Below, one piece after another: positions 59,081 to 59,160 of a DNA stretch of 59,160 nucleotides. The first letter of the stretch is position 1, and the number at the start of each line of letters is the position of its first letter. The stretch spans positions 1 to 59,160 of the forward strand of contig JAGNYR010000005.1 of the NCBI GenBank assembly GCA_017984835.1, read 5' to 3'. Below the pieces are notes generated by a model that had not been told where the DNA came from, did no database searches, and saw only the letters and a program-made list of their open reading frames with translations. Made by a program: the position numbers and the translations under genes. The stretch is from Flavobacterium sp. (GTDB lineage: Bacteria > Bacteroidota > Bacteroidia > Flavobacteriales > Flavobacteriaceae).

Positions 59081-59160
59081 ATGCTTAAAGTTGGGGTTTT
59101 AGGTGCGGGTCACCTTGGAAAAATACATTTACGATTGTTACAACAATCTGAAAAATATGA
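59081..59160 (+). CDS. Gfo/Idh/MocA family oxidoreductase, 5' fragment
   Basis: MLKVGVLGAGHLGKIHLRLL... Rossmann start after -7 box TATTTTTG (59058-59065); runs off the window. Confidence 0.75.
   Translation, partial: MLKVGVLGAGHLGKIHLRLLQQSEKY

Overview
AT-rich Bacteroidetes DNA, most likely Flavobacterium or a close relative (inferred from the SusC/SusD pair, TAnnTTTG -7 promoter boxes and gene content). The window opens with the 3' end of tmRNA. About 37 kb of alpha-glucoside and disaccharide catabolism follows, in four parts. (1) A cytoplasmic sucrose/trehalose operon: SLC45-like MFS, GH100-like invertase, PfkB kinase, MFS, GH37 trehalase, then an acyltransferase-3 and a CE4 deacetylase. 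(2) A SusC/SusD pair followed by an uncharacterised cassette of two ~1100-aa FG-GAP/ASPIC-UnbV lipoproteins, a vanadium-haloperoxidase-type lipoprotein and a GyrI-like protein. (3) GH65, GH13 and a LacI repressor, with three matching CGAAAnnGTTTTCG operators. (4) A putative 3-ketoglycoside oxidation/elimination cluster: GMC dehydrogenase, Tat subunit, cytochrome c, three TIM barrels, DUF1080, Gfo/Idh/MocA and an MFS. The remainder is mostly housekeeping: MarR-nitroreductase-YceI, an orphan trpG/pabA, TetR-TolC-EmrAB, yaaA, clpB, M1 peptidase, ompW broken by one in-frame TGA, smpB, HTH-Fic and pcm. Two diverged copies of a structured intergenic repeat are present. No integrase, transposase, prophage or CRISPR array was seen. 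All functional calls come from motif recognition by eye; no searches were run.
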